From assembly GCA_964610645.1 (NCBI GenBank), contig CAZSZE010000015.1, forward strand, positions 707-64,706: 64,000 nt of DNA, written 5' to 3'. The notes beneath the pieces are model-generated. The model ran no database searches, was not told the DNA's origin, and was given only the letters and a program-made list of their open reading frames with translations. Below are positions 1 to 9,124 of this stretch, piece after piece. The DNA comes from an uncultured Enterobacterales bacterium (GTDB taxonomy: Bacteria > Myxococcota_A > UBA796 > CAJQPC01). Each line of letters starts with the position of its first letter. The first letter of the stretch is position 1. The position numbers were made by a program, and so were the translations under genes.

Positions 1-135
1 ACCAGAATCTCCCAACTCGCTGTCGAGAGTGCGGAGGGCACGCTCGCGGCCGCCAGGGGCGAGCAGGCCAGAATCCCCAGCACCACCCACAACCACAACC
101 TGCGCCACCCCATCGTGTTCATCCTGTCAAATCCG

Positions 136-164
136 TTGTAACCCCGCGTTTCTGCGGGTATATC
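136..164 (+). promoter_or_regulatory. candidate sigma-70-type promoter (TTGTAA-17 nt-TATATC)
   Basis: TTGTAA at 136-141, 17-nt spacer, TATATC at 159-164. ATG 191 follows 26 nt later, preceded by AGAGG. Confidence 0.3.
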
Positions 165-190
165 TTCCACCGCACCGCTCCAGAGGTCCA

Positions 191-1516
191 ATGACAGTCC
201 CTCTTTTTATCCTCTCCCTCGGCCTCTTGGCCTGCAATGAATATGACCTGAATCGTCCCGGAGAGGACAAGGCTGCACCGGTGACGGACACCGGTGAACC
301 ACCGGATCCCATCCACCCGGATATCCGGGTCAGCCCCTCCACCATCGATTTTGGCATCATCCCGCGGGACTGTCCGGCACCTACTCAGGAGGTGACCGTG
401 AGGAACGTGGGCGCCAACACCCTGGAGGTGTCTGACATTCGCGTGGCCGGCGATGCCGCCCCCTCCTTCGGGCACCTGGGGGTCTCCCCCGTGCTGGAGC
501 CCGGCGAGGAATACGTGTTCGACGTGGAGTTCACCCCGACGGCATGGACCACCTACCACGTGGACCTGGAGGTGGATTCCAACGATCCGGACGACGGCAC
601 CGTGGCTGTGCCCATGAGCGGCGTCGGTGGTGAAGACGCCCTGTACGAGGAGGTGTTCTTCCAGGACCACTATTCCGAGGTGGATGTGCTCTGGGTCGTG
701 GACAACTCCTGCTCCATGTCTGGCGCCCTGGCCCAGGTGGAATCGAGCTTTGATTCCTTTATCGACCAGTTTCTGACCCTCAACCTGGACTACCACATCG
801 GGGTCGTGACCACGGACATGGACGATCCCAGCCAGTCGGGCCGTCTCGTGGGCAATGTGATCACCGCCAACACCTCCAACCCCAAGTCCGAGTTCATGGC
901 CGCCATCGCCCAGGGTGCCAACGGATCCGCCGATGAAGAGGGCTTGGCAGCGGCTCAGGCGGCCTTGACGGAGCCGCTGGCTTCTGGAGCCAACGCCGGA
1001 TTCATGAGAACCGCTGCTGCGCTGGCTGTGATCGTGGTCACCGACGAAGACGACTCGTCCCCTGTGAGTTCCAGCAGTTTCGGCAGTTGGTTCAACGGAT
1101 TGAAGGCGGACCCGGACGACTCGACCTTCTCCTCCATCTGTGGGGACTCCGGGGCGGGTTGCAGCAACTGGAATGCCTTTCCCGATGTCATCACGGCCAT
1201 GCCGGGTGAAAAGTACATCGATGTGGTCGGTGCCACCGGGGGTGTCTGGCAGTCCATCTGCACCCAGGACTTCGACCGGGCGCTGCAACACATCTCCATC
1301 ACCGCGGTGGGAATGCGCTTTGCATTCGAGCTGACGGCCACGCCGTCAAATGTCTCGGCTCTCACCGTGTTCGTAGACAACGTGTCGGTCCCCTACGGCG
1401 GAACCAATGGCTGGACCTACGACGCAGCAACAAATTCCGTGGTGTTCGACGGAACCGCCATCCCCGAGGCGGGTGACCGCATCGAGGTGAGCTACCCCGT
1501 CTCAGGCGGCTGCTGA
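191..1516 (+). CDS. secreted lipoprotein with an Ig-like (choice-of-anchor-D-like) domain and a vWA-like domain
   Basis: In-frame ATG at 191 gives MTVPLFILSLGLLAC (lipobox LLAC). The ORF-track N-terminal extension is Pro/Arg-rich and non-genic looking. DVLWVVDNSCSMSG resembles the vWA MIDAS strand. An Ig-like segment reads VTVRNVGANTLEVSDIRV. Confidence 0.75.
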   Translation: MTVPLFILSLGLLACNEYDLNRPGEDKAAPVTDTGEPPDPIHPDIRVSPSTIDFGIIPRDCPAPTQEVTVRNVGANTLEVSDIRVAGDAAPSFGHLGVSPVLEPGEEYVFDVEFTPTAWTTYHVDLEVDSNDPDDGTVAVPMSGVGGEDALYEEVFFQDHYSEVDVLWVVDNSCSMSGALAQVESSFDSFIDQFLTLNLDYHIGVVTTDMDDPSQSGRLVGNVITANTSNPKSEFMAAIAQGANGSADEEGLAAAQAALTEPLASGANAGFMRTAAALAVIVVTDEDDSSPVSSSSFGSWFNGLKADPDDSTFSSICGDSGAGCSNWNAFPDVITAMPGEKYIDVVGATGGVWQSICTQDFDRALQHISITAVGMRFAFELTATPSNVSALTVFVDNVSVPYGGTNGWTYDAATNSVVFDGTAIPEAGDRIEVSYPVSGGC

Positions 1517-1574
1517 ACCGCCTGAACGCGCACTGCCCGAGCCTTGCCGGGCGATCACGGCTATTCTCTGCGCC

Positions 1575-2426
1575 ATGCACTTGGGGTGGACGATCTTCCT
1601 GTTGGGGTGTGGGGGCGACGACTCTGAACGGGAGTGGCTGGTGGAGACCCTTGACTGGGACACCCATGCCACGGGAAGCGGCTACACCTTTGAAGACCCC
1701 CAAACCACCTGGCTTGCGGCGGAGCATTCCCTGCCCAGCCTGTGGTGGAGCATCCCCGCCTCCAACATTCCCCTGTACCTGTGGGAGGACGTCCTAAGCG
1801 GCGAGGACGTGATGGACGTGGGCAGCTGCCCGTACCTGACCCTGTCAGACGACACCACCACCTGGACTGCCAACTGCCGTTCCCAGGAGGGGTACAACTG
1901 GTCCGGAAGCGTGTCCGTCAAGGAAACGGACGATGGAAAGTGGACCACCCAGGAGTGGGCCTTTGAACTCGAGGTCAGCTCGGATCGGGAGGGCCGACTC
2001 TTCGAGCGGGTCAAGATGGAGGGCCAGGTGCGCTACATCGACGGTGACGATGCCCCCCTCGCCAGGCATGTCCAGGCGAATCTCCACATGGAAGCCCCCG
2101 GCTACTGGGCCGGCGCGTTCAAGCCCGAGCTGGATGCTGCCTGGAGCGACATGAACCTGACCGGCATCTGGGAGGCCCGGTCCATAGAAAACGGGGAGAG
2201 CTGGCAGATGGAGGCCCGGGTGGACCTGGGCGAGCTGGGTGGATTTTCACTGGAGGGGGATGACTTCCGCGTCGTGGAAGACTGTGCCGGGGAGCCGATG
2301 GGAGAAGCCACTCTCACCGGGGCCAACAAGGCCCGGTTGGAGTTCGAGGGAGCCGATGCCTGCAACGGATGCGCGAAGCTCTGGCTCGACGGTGAACGCG
2401 CCCCCAACGCTTGCCAGGACGGGTAG
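1575..2426 (+). CDS. hypothetical acidic lipoprotein
   Basis: MHLGWTIFLLGCGGDD signal/lipobox. G/C-rich third codon positions. No family motif recognised. Confidence 0.7.
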   Translation: MHLGWTIFLLGCGGDDSEREWLVETLDWDTHATGSGYTFEDPQTTWLAAEHSLPSLWWSIPASNIPLYLWEDVLSGEDVMDVGSCPYLTLSDDTTTWTANCRSQEGYNWSGSVSVKETDDGKWTTQEWAFELEVSSDREGRLFERVKMEGQVRYIDGDDAPLARHVQANLHMEAPGYWAGAFKPELDAAWSDMNLTGIWEARSIENGESWQMEARVDLGELGGFSLEGDDFRVVEDCAGEPMGEATLTGANKARLEFEGADACNGCAKLWLDGERAPNACQDG

Positions 2427-2439
2427 GGCTGGCGCCTCG

Positions 2440-2459
2440 GGCGGCCACGGGGGGCCGCC
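2440..2459. terminator. GC hairpin between convergent genes (possible bidirectional terminator)
   Basis: GGCGGCC-acgggg-GGCCGCC, a 7-bp perfect stem, lying between stop 2426 (+) and stop 2498 (-). No U-tract. Confidence 0.3.
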
Positions 2460-2497
2460 CCTACGTTCCGATTATGAGGTCCGTACCCGCCCGGGAT

Positions 2498-3076
2498 TCA
2501 GTCCCGGTAGATCTCAATGGCTTCCAGGACCACGTCCTTCACCGGGCGGTCCCCGGAGCCCGTCGGAACCTCGGCGATGGTGTCAATCAGCTCGGCACCC
2601 TCGATGATGCGTCCAAAGACCGAGTGCTTTCCATCCAGCCAGGGCGTGGCCACCTGGCACACGAAGAACTGCGAACCGTTGGTGCCTGGACCAGCATTGG
2701 CCATGGACAGGATTCCTCGGCCCACATGGGAGAGGTCCGGGTGGAACTCGTCTTGGAAGCGCCAGCCAGGGCCGCCGCGCCCGGTGCCCGTGGGATCTCC
2801 TCCCTGGAGCATGAAGTCCCGAATCACCCGGTGAAATATTGTGCCCGAATACAACGCCCCGCTCGCCTTTTCCCCGGCCGGGTTGGTCCACTCCACGCCC
2901 CCAGTCGCCAGAGCCACAAAGTTGGCCACCGTCCGTGGCGCCTGTTCCTCGTAAAGCTCGGCCACCATCTCGCCCATGGAGGTCTTGAAGCGGGCGCGAA
3001 GAGCACCCTCGCCCGGGCACATTTCCTGCACAGGGGGGGCTGGAGTGTCTACGGGTTCACGGGAGAGAAACGACAT
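2498..3076 (-). CDS. peptidyl-prolyl cis-trans isomerase, cyclophilin type
   Basis: FHRVIRDFMLQGGDPTGTGRGGPG and SMANAGPGTNGSQFF are signature cyclophilin motifs. No signal peptide. Confidence 0.95.
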   Translation of the reverse strand: MSFLSREPVDTPAPPVQEMCPGEGALRARFKTSMGEMVAELYEEQAPRTVANFVALATGGVEWTNPAGEKASGALYSGTIFHRVIRDFMLQGGDPTGTGRGGPGWRFQDEFHPDLSHVGRGILSMANAGPGTNGSQFFVCQVATPWLDGKHSVFGRIIEGAELIDTIAEVPTGSGDRPVKDVVLEAIEIYRD

Positions 3077-3187
3077 TTGAAACTCCGTTCGAAAGCTACC
3101 TTAATATTGTCTTCATAGCCTGTCACAACCTTGGCAACCATGAACGGCCGTGTACTTCACGCCAGTGCTAACCTCTCCTGCCCTCCC

Positions 3188-3646
3188 ATGAGTACACCTC
3201 CAACGCGCATTTTGTTTGTTTGCACAGGAAACATCTGCCGATCCCCCATGGCAGAGGTGCTGGCCGAGGCCCTGGCGGCTTTTCACGGGCACGAGGTGGA
3301 GGTGCAATCGGCATCCTTGCTGGGCCTCAAGGACCATCCGGCCCACAAGCACGCCATTCAGGTCATGACCGAGAAGGGGCTGAACCTCTCAAACCACCTG
3401 GCCACACCCTTGTCCGGCGAGCTCATGGACTGGGCGGACCACGTCCTGTGCATGGAGGTGGAGCAGGCTGTGGAGATGCGCAAGCGATTTCCGGAGCAAG
3501 GGGACCGGGTGGAGCTCCTGGGACCCTACGGAGGGCAAATGGAAATCGAGGATCCCCTGGGGGGCTGGCGTCCCCGGTTTCGCCGCTGCCGAGACGAGAT
3601 TGACGCATGCGTGAGCGCTTTTTTGGGCCAACTGGGCACCGAGTAG
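3188..3646 (+). CDS. low-molecular-weight protein tyrosine phosphatase
   Basis: ILFVCTGNICRSPMAE contains the CX5R(S) P-loop. Start chosen at ATG 3188 (MSTPPTRILFVC). TTG 3131 and ATG 3140 are alternatives. Confidence 0.85.
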   Translation: MSTPPTRILFVCTGNICRSPMAEVLAEALAAFHGHEVEVQSASLLGLKDHPAHKHAIQVMTEKGLNLSNHLATPLSGELMDWADHVLCMEVEQAVEMRKRFPEQGDRVELLGPYGGQMEIEDPLGGWRPRFRRCRDEIDACVSAFLGQLGTE

Positions 3647-3647
3647 A

Positions 3648-5327
3648 TCAGGGGTCGCGCCAGAGGCTCTTGTCGAAGTCCCAGACCCGGCGCAGGTCGT
3701 CTCCTGCCTCCACATCCAGGCGGAACTGAATGCGCCGGTGATCTTCGGTTTCCAGCACCACCATGTGTCGTCCAGCCGGCAAGGTGTAGGAAAGCAGGGG
3801 GGTGTACCGCAGCACTGTCCCATCAATCGTGACCCGTGACCTGGGCAGAGAGGAGATCGTGACCCGGCCACTGTCGAGCTCGGGGGCAGCGGCTTCCACA
3901 CGTGGCGGCGTCCGGATGGGGGCCGGGGTGGGGGTTGGAACGGGCGCTACCACCTCCACCCGCGGTTTCTTTGTGGGCGGAACGGGATCGGGATCGGACG
4001 CGGCTTCCGTCGCCGGGGTGTCGGGTGCCTCTTCTTGAGCCTCTGGCTCCGGTTCCGGCCGGGCACGAATGGTCTGGGGGGGGAGATCCTGCACCGTCTG
4101 GGGGGCCGGTTCCTCGCCCTGGGGCACCATTCGACTCCACACTAGCGCCAGCACGCACAGGGCCACTCCCAGCAACGCCAGGGTCAGGGTGGACCGAAGA
4201 TCCGTTCCCCGCTTGGCAGGCGGGCGTGCACCGGGATCGATCTCCCCGGGACCCAGTGGACGGTGGACATTGCCCACGGAAACCGGGATTCCACCCTTGT
4301 AGGGTTGGGGATCGGAACGGGAGAGAGTTGAGGCGGATCGAACGGGATCGGGCTGGGTTCCACGGACCTTGTCCAGGCGGGAATACGTCCCGTGGATTTC
4401 CACCAACTTCTCCCGCATCAGCACCGGGTCTCCCACCAGTTTTGACAGGGCCCGCGCCATGCCGATGGCTGTGGGGTACCTGGCAGATGCATCCCTCTGA
4501 AGCGCCCGCATCAGCACCGGTCCCAGATCCCGGTTCCGGCCCGACAGTTGGGCTGCTTTGCGAGCCCCCTCGTCCCGGTTCATCAGCTCCCGGATCTTCT
4601 TGGGGTCCGTCTGCCCGTAGAGGCGTTCCAACTGCGCCAGCTCATACAGGACCGCCGCCACCCCAAATTGGTCGGCTGCACCGGTGACGGGCTTGCCCAC
4701 CGCCTGCTCGGGGCTCATGTAGCCCCAGGTCCCCTTGACCCCATCTGTGCCATTGGCGGCGTCGAGCACCTTGGAAATGCCGAAGTCCAACACCTTCACG
4801 ACCCCCTGGGGATTCAGGATGATGTTGCCGGGCTTGATGTCCCGGTGCACGAGGTGCCGCGCGGTTCCGTCTTCTCCGCGGGCGGTGTGGGCATAGTGCA
4901 ACCCCTCGCAGATCTGCCGCCCCAGCTCGGCGATGACCGCCTGGGACAACAGGAGCTTGTTTCGCTTGGCCAGGGAGAGGATGCGTCGCAGGGTGACCCC
5001 TTCCACGTACTCCATCACCAGGTAGTAGAGATCCCCCTGTTGATCGAAGTCCTGGATCTGCACCAGGTTCGGGTGCTGCAGCTGGCTCCCCACCCGGGCT
5101 TCATTGATGAAGAGTTCCCGAAAATTTTCGTCCAGGGCATGCTCTGGAAGGATGACCTTCAGCGCCACCCGTGGGGCGACCCCCGCCAGACTCTCTCTCT
5201 TGGCCTCATAGACCTGGGCCATTCCGCCACGGGAGATGCGGCGGATGAGACGGTAACGGCCCAGGCGCTCGGGGAATTCCCTCGTGCCGGAACCGGGTCC
5301 AGGAATGTCGACGTTCATTTGCTGCAC
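3648..5327 (-). CDS. Hanks-type Ser/Thr protein kinase with one TM segment and a C-terminal PEGA-like domain
   Basis: Kinase motifs GGMAQVYEAK, HRDIKPGNIIL, DFGISK and GTWGYMSPEQ. TM segment LTLALLGVALCVLALVW. C-terminus VTISSLPRSRVTIDGTVLRYTPL..LPAGRHMVVLE. Start is GTG 5327 or ATG 5318. Confidence 0.9.
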   Translation of the reverse strand: MQQMNVDIPGPGSGTREFPERLGRYRLIRRISRGGMAQVYEAKRESLAGVAPRVALKVILPEHALDENFRELFINEARVGSQLQHPNLVQIQDFDQQGDLYYLVMEYVEGVTLRRILSLAKRNKLLLSQAVIAELGRQICEGLHYAHTARGEDGTARHLVHRDIKPGNIILNPQGVVKVLDFGISKVLDAANGTDGVKGTWGYMSPEQAVGKPVTGAADQFGVAAVLYELAQLERLYGQTDPKKIRELMNRDEGARKAAQLSGRNRDLGPVLMRALQRDASARYPTAIGMARALSKLVGDPVLMREKLVEIHGTYSRLDKVRGTQPDPVRSASTLSRSDPQPYKGGIPVSVGNVHRPLGPGEIDPGARPPAKRGTDLRSTLTLALLGVALCVLALVWSRMVPQGEEPAPQTVQDLPPQTIRARPEPEPEAQEEAPDTPATEAASDPDPVPPTKKPRVEVVAPVPTPTPAPIRTPPRVEAAAPELDSGRVTISSLPRSRVTIDGTVLRYTPLLSYTLPAGRHMVVLETEDHRRIQFRLDVEAGDDLRRVWDFDKSLWRDP

Positions 5328-5381
5328 AGCCCGCTCGAACCAGTCTACTGCGTCCCACCCTTCCAGCCAAGCCTAGGTTGG

Positions 5382-5399
5382 GTGTTGACGCGTCAACAC
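5382..5399. promoter_or_regulatory. perfect 18-bp palindrome GTGTTGACGCGTCAACAC (operator or hairpin candidate)
   Basis: Read directly from the sequence. Lies in the 99-bp gap between the argS stop (5427) and the kinase start (5327). Contains TTGACG on both strands. Confidence 0.4.
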
Positions 5400-5426
5400 A
5401 CCCCTGTGAACGCCGTACCCCGTCCC

Positions 5427-7145
5427 CTACATGCGATCCAAGGGACGAACGCCCAGCATCTCCAGCCCGCTGCCCAAGACGCGAGCGGTGGCCTCCACCA
5501 GGGAGAGACGGCGCTTTCGCACTGTCTCCTCCGCCTTGAGCACGGGCAGCTCGTAGTAGAACCGGTTGAAGGCCGTGGCCAGCCCGAAGAGGTACTCGCA
5601 CAAGAGGTTTGGGCGGTAGTTGTCCAGCGCCCCCTCCAGCGCCTCCGGAAACCGGAGCAGGGTCATGACGAGGGCCCGCTCCAGGGGCTCCACTGCAGGG
5701 GCCGCCTCCACCGTGGGCGACTCGATCCCTCCCTTGCGCTGCAGGCTTCGGCACCGGGCATACGAATACAGCAGGAAGGGCGCCGTGTTTCCCTCCAGGG
5801 AGAGCATGCGGCTCCAGTCGAACACCACGTTGGACTGGGGGTTTTGGGACAGGTCCGAGTAGCGCACGGCACCGACCCCCACGGCCTCCGCGATCGCAGC
5901 CCGCTCGGCCTCCGGCAATTCCGGGGACTTTTCATCCACCAATGCCCGGGCCCGGGCGGTCGCCTCGTCCAGCACATCCACGAGGCGAATCACGTTGCCC
6001 TTGCGGGTGGACATGGCCCCCTCGGGGAGGGTGAGCAGGCCAAACCACACGTGGACCAGCTCCGTCTCGCCCCAACCCAGCTTGCGGGTGGCCGCAAACA
6101 ACTGGCGGAAATGGAGCTGCTGCCGCATGTCGGTCACGTAGAGGATGCGGGCCGGGCTCCACGTGTCGATCCGGTGGCGCACCGTGGCCAGGTCCGTGGT
6201 CCCATAGAGCGCTGCTCCATCCCGCTTGCGCACCAGCATGGGGGTATCGCCCAGGCCCTTGCCGTCTTCCTTGGTGAAGGGAATGACCACTGCACCTTCC
6301 GAGACCTGGGCCACACCGGATGCCAACATGTCATCCACAAGAGGCACCAACATGGGGTTGTAGAAGCTCTCCCCAAGGGTTTCATCAAATCGAATGCCCA
6401 GGCGGCTGTAGACCCCTTCAAACTCCTCCAGCGAGATGTCGATGAACCGGCGCCACAGCGCCAGGTTTCCGGCGTCTCCCGCCTGGAGTTTTGCGGTTTC
6501 TGCCCGGGCCAGGTCTTCCAGGGCCGTGTTGGTTTCCACCTCGTGGGCATACTTCACATAGATGCGCTGCAGCTCCTCCAGCGCATCCTCTGCCAGGGCG
6601 TCCTCATCGAGCCAGAGCCCCCAGGCCACGATGAGCTTGCCAAACTGCGTGCCCCAGTCGCCGATGTGGTTGTCGGCAATGACCCGGTGGCCCACAAAGC
6701 GATGCATGCGATCCAGGGCAGCGCCGATCACCGTGGAACGCAGATGGCCCACGTGCATGCGCTTGGCCACATTGGGACTGGAATAGTCAATGACCACCGT
6801 GCCGCTGCGGGCCTCGACACCCAGTGTTTCGTGGTCCATTGCCTCCGCCAGGCGCTCCCCCATCCAGGCGGCGTCCAGGAAGAAATTGAGGAATCCGGGA
6901 CCAGCGACTTCCGCCGTGCGAATGGCCGGGTGGGAAGGAAGCCCCTGGAGCACCTTCTCCGCCAGGGCCCTGGGATTTGTCTTCAACGCCTTGCCCAGCC
7001 GGAAGGCCGCATTGGATTGAAAGTCGCCGTGCTCCGGGTTCTGGGTGGGAACCACCGGCGGCAGCGGAAAAGGCGTCTCAGCGTGACCGGCTGCTGCAAG
7101 CCCCTCGGCCACGATGTCGCTCAAGATCAGGGCAATGGGTGTCAC
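5427..7145 (-). CDS. argS: arginine--tRNA ligase
   Basis: SSPNVAKRMHVGHLRSTVIGAAL carries the HIGH motif. ArgS-like length and C-terminal ...LDRM. GTG 7145 overlaps the upstream stop (GTGA). The ORF-track extension to 7226 was rejected. Confidence 0.93.
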   Translation of the reverse strand: MTPIALILSDIVAEGLAAAGHAETPFPLPPVVPTQNPEHGDFQSNAAFRLGKALKTNPRALAEKVLQGLPSHPAIRTAEVAGPGFLNFFLDAAWMGERLAEAMDHETLGVEARSGTVVIDYSSPNVAKRMHVGHLRSTVIGAALDRMHRFVGHRVIADNHIGDWGTQFGKLIVAWGLWLDEDALAEDALEELQRIYVKYAHEVETNTALEDLARAETAKLQAGDAGNLALWRRFIDISLEEFEGVYSRLGIRFDETLGESFYNPMLVPLVDDMLASGVAQVSEGAVVIPFTKEDGKGLGDTPMLVRKRDGAALYGTTDLATVRHRIDTWSPARILYVTDMRQQLHFRQLFAATRKLGWGETELVHVWFGLLTLPEGAMSTRKGNVIRLVDVLDEATARARALVDEKSPELPEAERAAIAEAVGVGAVRYSDLSQNPQSNVVFDWSRMLSLEGNTAPFLLYSYARCRSLQRKGGIESPTVEAAPAVEPLERALVMTLLRFPEALEGALDNYRPNLLCEYLFGLATAFNRFYYELPVLKAEETVRKRRLSLVEATARVLGSGLEMLGVRPLDRM

Positions 7146-7789
7146 CGACGATCCTCCTCGGAAACGGCGGGCGGGGGTAACACGTGGAGGGCTCCCAAGG
7201 AGGCGAATTGCCCCCCCAAGCGGCACACCGGTGCAAGACGCGTTGGATCCACGCTGCCATCCTCCAACAGCAGGTCATCCATGACGTGGATGCCCACGAC
7301 ATCGCCCAGAAACAAGTGGGTCGTGTCCAGGTCGATCGCCCGGTTCAACCGGCACTCGAAGCTGGCCGGCGCTCCCTGGACCCGCGGTGCTGCCACATGC
7401 TCTCCCGGCTGCGGCCCCAGTCCTGTGGCATCAAACTCGGAGAGATCTGCCCGGTAGGGACCGCTGCTTTGCTGCATGGCAGCCATTTGGTGCTCCCCCA
7501 CCACATTCACCGTGAACACCTCCGTGGCCAGGATGTTGGCAGCCGTGTCTTTGAGCCCCCCACGGTCCCGCGCCACCGAGATCGACAGGATCGGTGGATG
7601 GGCGCTGACCCCGTTGAAAAAGGAAAAGGGCGCCAGGTTGTCGATGCCGTCCGGTGATCGAGTCCCCACCCATGCGATGGGGCGGGGAACGATGAGGGAG
7701 GTCAACAGCCGATAGGCAGCACGGCGATCCAGGCTCGATGGGTCAATGTACACGCGGGACTCCAGCGAGAGAGGTATCCTCACCTCCAT
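7142..7789 (-). CDS. flavin reductase-like (FMN-binding split-barrel) protein
   Basis: AYRLLTSLIVPRPIAWVGTRSPDGIDNLAPFSFFNGVSAHPP is typical of the flavin reductase domain. Alternative GTG start at 7753 gives a family-typical N-terminus (M)YIDPSSL. Confidence 0.85.
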   Translation of the reverse strand: MEVRIPLSLESRVYIDPSSLDRRAAYRLLTSLIVPRPIAWVGTRSPDGIDNLAPFSFFNGVSAHPPILSISVARDRGGLKDTAANILATEVFTVNVVGEHQMAAMQQSSGPYRADLSEFDATGLGPQPGEHVAAPRVQGAPASFECRLNRAIDLDTTHLFLGDVVGIHVMDDLLLEDGSVDPTRLAPVCRLGGQFASLGALHVLPPPAVSEEDRR

Positions 7790-8084
7790 GTTCCTTCCAT
7801 TGTGGGGGTTGGCCTGCGCCGTTCAAACCCCGGACACGCCGGATCCCGAGTCTGCGGCTGCCCGCGCAGCTGAGCGAATCGCCAGCGCCGAGCAGGCCAG
7901 CATGGCCGTGGAGAAGAGCGCATCTGCCCTGGCCGAGCTGGTAGCAGCCGTTGAGGCCGGTCGGCTGACCGTCGGGGAGGCGCGTCCGCAGCTGGAAGCC
8001 CTGATCCGGGCCACCCAGGCTGAAGGGGCTGCTGCACAACGAGACCTGAAGGCTGCTGCAAAGCTGCTGGCGGGCAGCCGGTAG
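7746..8084 (+). CDS. putative Ala-rich helical lipoprotein
   Basis: MYTRDSSERGILTSMFLPLWGLAC is a signal peptide with lipobox GLAC. G/C-rich third codon positions. Fills an otherwise empty gap. Alternative start ATG 7788. Confidence 0.5.
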   Translation: MYTRDSSERGILTSMFLPLWGLACAVQTPDTPDPESAAARAAERIASAEQASMAVEKSASALAELVAAVEAGRLTVGEARPQLEALIRATQAEGAAAQRDLKAAAKLLAGSR

Positions 8085-8089
8085 ACCCG

Positions 8090-9085
8090 TCAGGGGCAGT
8101 AGCCGTGCTCGCGGAACCAGCGCAGCGCCTTGGAGACCGACACATCGATGGGAGTCACCGGCAGGTCCAGCTCATTCCGGGCGCGGCTGCCATCCCGGTA
8201 GCGGTCCACTCCCATGGCGGTGAGCACCTGGGGGTCCAGGCCCGGGGCAATGCGGCGCAGCCTTCCGCCCAGGGCGCCCGCAGCAGCCAGGGCCCTGCGC
8301 GGCACTGCGATTCCCGGTGGTTTTCGTCCCACTTGCTCCGCCACCACCGTCATGAACTCCAGGTAGGAGAGGTTGTGGTTTCCCAGCAGGTAGCGCTGGC
8401 CCGGCACGCCCTTGTCCATGGCCGCCAGGTGCCCCACCGCACAGTCATCTGCATCCACAAAGCACTTTCCCCCCGGGGGATAGAACGGCACGGGCCGCTT
8501 GGCCATGGCCACGATGAGACCCCCAGAAGTTGGCTTGAGATCCCACGCCCCCACCACGTAGTCCGGGTTCACCACCACCGTCTCCAGTCCCCGCGTGACA
8601 AAGCTGCCCACCAGGGCCTCCGCCTCCCGCTTGGTGTCGTGGTACCAGCGCAGGGGCGTGTTCACGCCGTAGACACCATCCAGATCCCCGAGGGGCGTCG
8701 CTTCATCGCCAGGCGCGGACCGGGATCCAAACCCGACGGTCACACTCGAGCTGCAAAAGACCAGGCGGCGCACACCCGCCACGAGCGCGGCCTCGCACAG
8801 GGATCGGGTTGCCTCCACGTGCACCGCATGCATTCGAGCCCGCCCGGTGGGGCTGGGGTCCCAGGTGCCCGCAACGTGAAAGATGCCCTCCACCCCATCC
8901 AGAGCCTTCGCCAGCCCTTCTGCATCCGACAGGGCCACCCGGACCCGGTCCACATCGAGCCCAGCGAGGCACAGCCCGGGGGAGTTGTCCCGCACCGTAC
9001 ACCGCACCCTGTCTCCCCGGGCCAGCAAGTGCCGAATGACATTGGCCCCCACAAAGCCCGTGGCGCCAGTGACGAGGACGTTCAT
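8090..9085 (-). CDS. NAD-dependent epimerase/dehydratase family protein (dihydroflavonol reductase/HpnA-like)
   Basis: MNVLVTGATGFVGANVIRHLL Rossmann motif. YHDTK resembles the SDR catalytic YxxxK. Confidence 0.85.
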   Translation of the reverse strand: MNVLVTGATGFVGANVIRHLLARGDRVRCTVRDNSPGLCLAGLDVDRVRVALSDAEGLAKALDGVEGIFHVAGTWDPSPTGRARMHAVHVEATRSLCEAALVAGVRRLVFCSSSVTVGFGSRSAPGDEATPLGDLDGVYGVNTPLRWYHDTKREAEALVGSFVTRGLETVVVNPDYVVGAWDLKPTSGGLIVAMAKRPVPFYPPGGKCFVDADDCAVGHLAAMDKGVPGQRYLLGNHNLSYLEFMTVVAEQVGRKPPGIAVPRRALAAAGALGGRLRRIAPGLDPQVLTAMGVDRYRDGSRARNELDLPVTPIDVSVSKALRWFREHGYCP

Positions 9086-9124
9086 GCCTCCACCCTACTC
9101 GTTCCTTCTTCTCCGGGATGCGAA

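Noticed and set aside
4548-7457. 969-aa plus-strand ORF
   Set aside because: It is antisense to the Ser/Thr kinase and argS, both of which have unmistakable motifs. Its translation is shadow-frame composition (many R, G, P, H, Q).
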